This document shows, in pieces, positions 58,984 to 59,406 of a stretch of DNA of 59,406 nucleotides. The DNA is from an uncultured bacterium (lineage in GTDB: Bacteria; Omnitrophota; Gorgyraeia; Ghiorseimicrobiales; Ghiorseimicrobiaceae). Position 1 is the stretch's first letter; every line of letters begins with the position of its first letter. Below the pieces are notes generated by a model, which was not told where the DNA came from, made no database searches, and worked only from the letters and a program-made list of their open reading frames with translations. Position numbers and translations under genes: made by a program. The stretch is from NCBI GenBank assembly GCA_913009335.1, contig CAJVXN010000008.1, positions 1-59,406 of the forward strand, in the 5' to 3' direction.

Positions 58984-59406
58984 AAAATATAATTAAGATA
59001 CTGTTTTTTTGTTTTTTAATATTATCATGGGCAAGTTCATCTTTTGCGGATAAAGAAAATATTATTCGTGTTCTTGTTTTAGATGATGCAGAGGAGGCAG
59101 ATATTTTTGTGAGGGGCAGCTATGAAATACGCGCCTTAGTAGGCAATAAGCCCTCTGGTACTGTTTTAGGCAAGGGAAGAAAGGGAATACACAAGAGGTT
59201 TAAACTTGAAGGCGGGTTTTTAAATATAACCAGCGCTAAAACAGACGCGCTTATAATTATTCCCAGGAAAGGATTATTTTATCTCAACAATCGCCCTTTA
59301 AAGGGTAGTGTTGTTATTAAGAGGAATAAATTTTCTAAGCTATCCGTGATAAATTATATAAATATTGAGGATTATATTAAGGGTGTTCTTTTTCATGAAG
59401 TATCGC
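58980..59406 (+). CDS. SpoIID/LytB-domain protein (runs off the window end)
   Basis: Open frame from ATG 58980: signal peptide, IRVLV, ...VINYINIEDYIKGVLFHEVS; usual neighbour of DUF2905. Confidence 0.85.
   Translation, partial: MKNIIKILFFCFLILSWASSSFADKENIIRVLVLDDAEEADIFVRGSYEIRALVGNKPSGTVLGKGRKGIHKRFKLEGGFLNITSAKTDALIIIPRKGLFYLNNRPLKGSVVIKRNKFSKLSVINYINIEDYIKGVLFHEVS

Overview
This is an AT-rich bacterial chromosome segment in which essentially every real gene is on the + strand; the only exception is an IS481 transposase. Gene content (LPS transport lptC/A-lptB, MEP pathway, short trigger factor, short ProRS, orphan CpaF) fits a diderm anaerobe, plausibly Candidatus Omnitrophota; this is an inference, not proven. 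Positions 1-2.2 kb form an accessory islet: IS3 end, HEPN-motif gene, degenerate attC-like site and a RelE/HigA-type TA pair. Positions 2.3-8.3 kb hold transport and NAD genes, including a permease frameshifted at an (AG)6 tract. Positions 8.4-21.9 kb are a metal-homeostasis cluster (ZIP, Fur, FeoB, DtxR-FeoA, CusCBA) that ends in a B12-binding radical SAM gene, an unannotated 21-aa Cys-containing peptide with a very strong RBS, and larE. Positions 21.9-54.2 kb are housekeeping genes (nifS to ruvB). Positions 54.2-58.2 kb form a second accessory islet: TcmP-like gene, IS481 inserted into a REP-like palindrome, zf-TFIIB, and Fic flanked by a duplicated queH 5' end. The window ends with queH, DUF2905 and a partial spoIID. 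The best candidate for a new system is the radical SAM plus micro-peptide cassette, a putative metal-related RiPP. Intergenic DNA is crowded with several palindromic repeat families, one of them inserted in frame into a signal peptide. No tRNA, rRNA or CRISPR array was recognised. Family assignments are by motif recognition only; no database searches were run.
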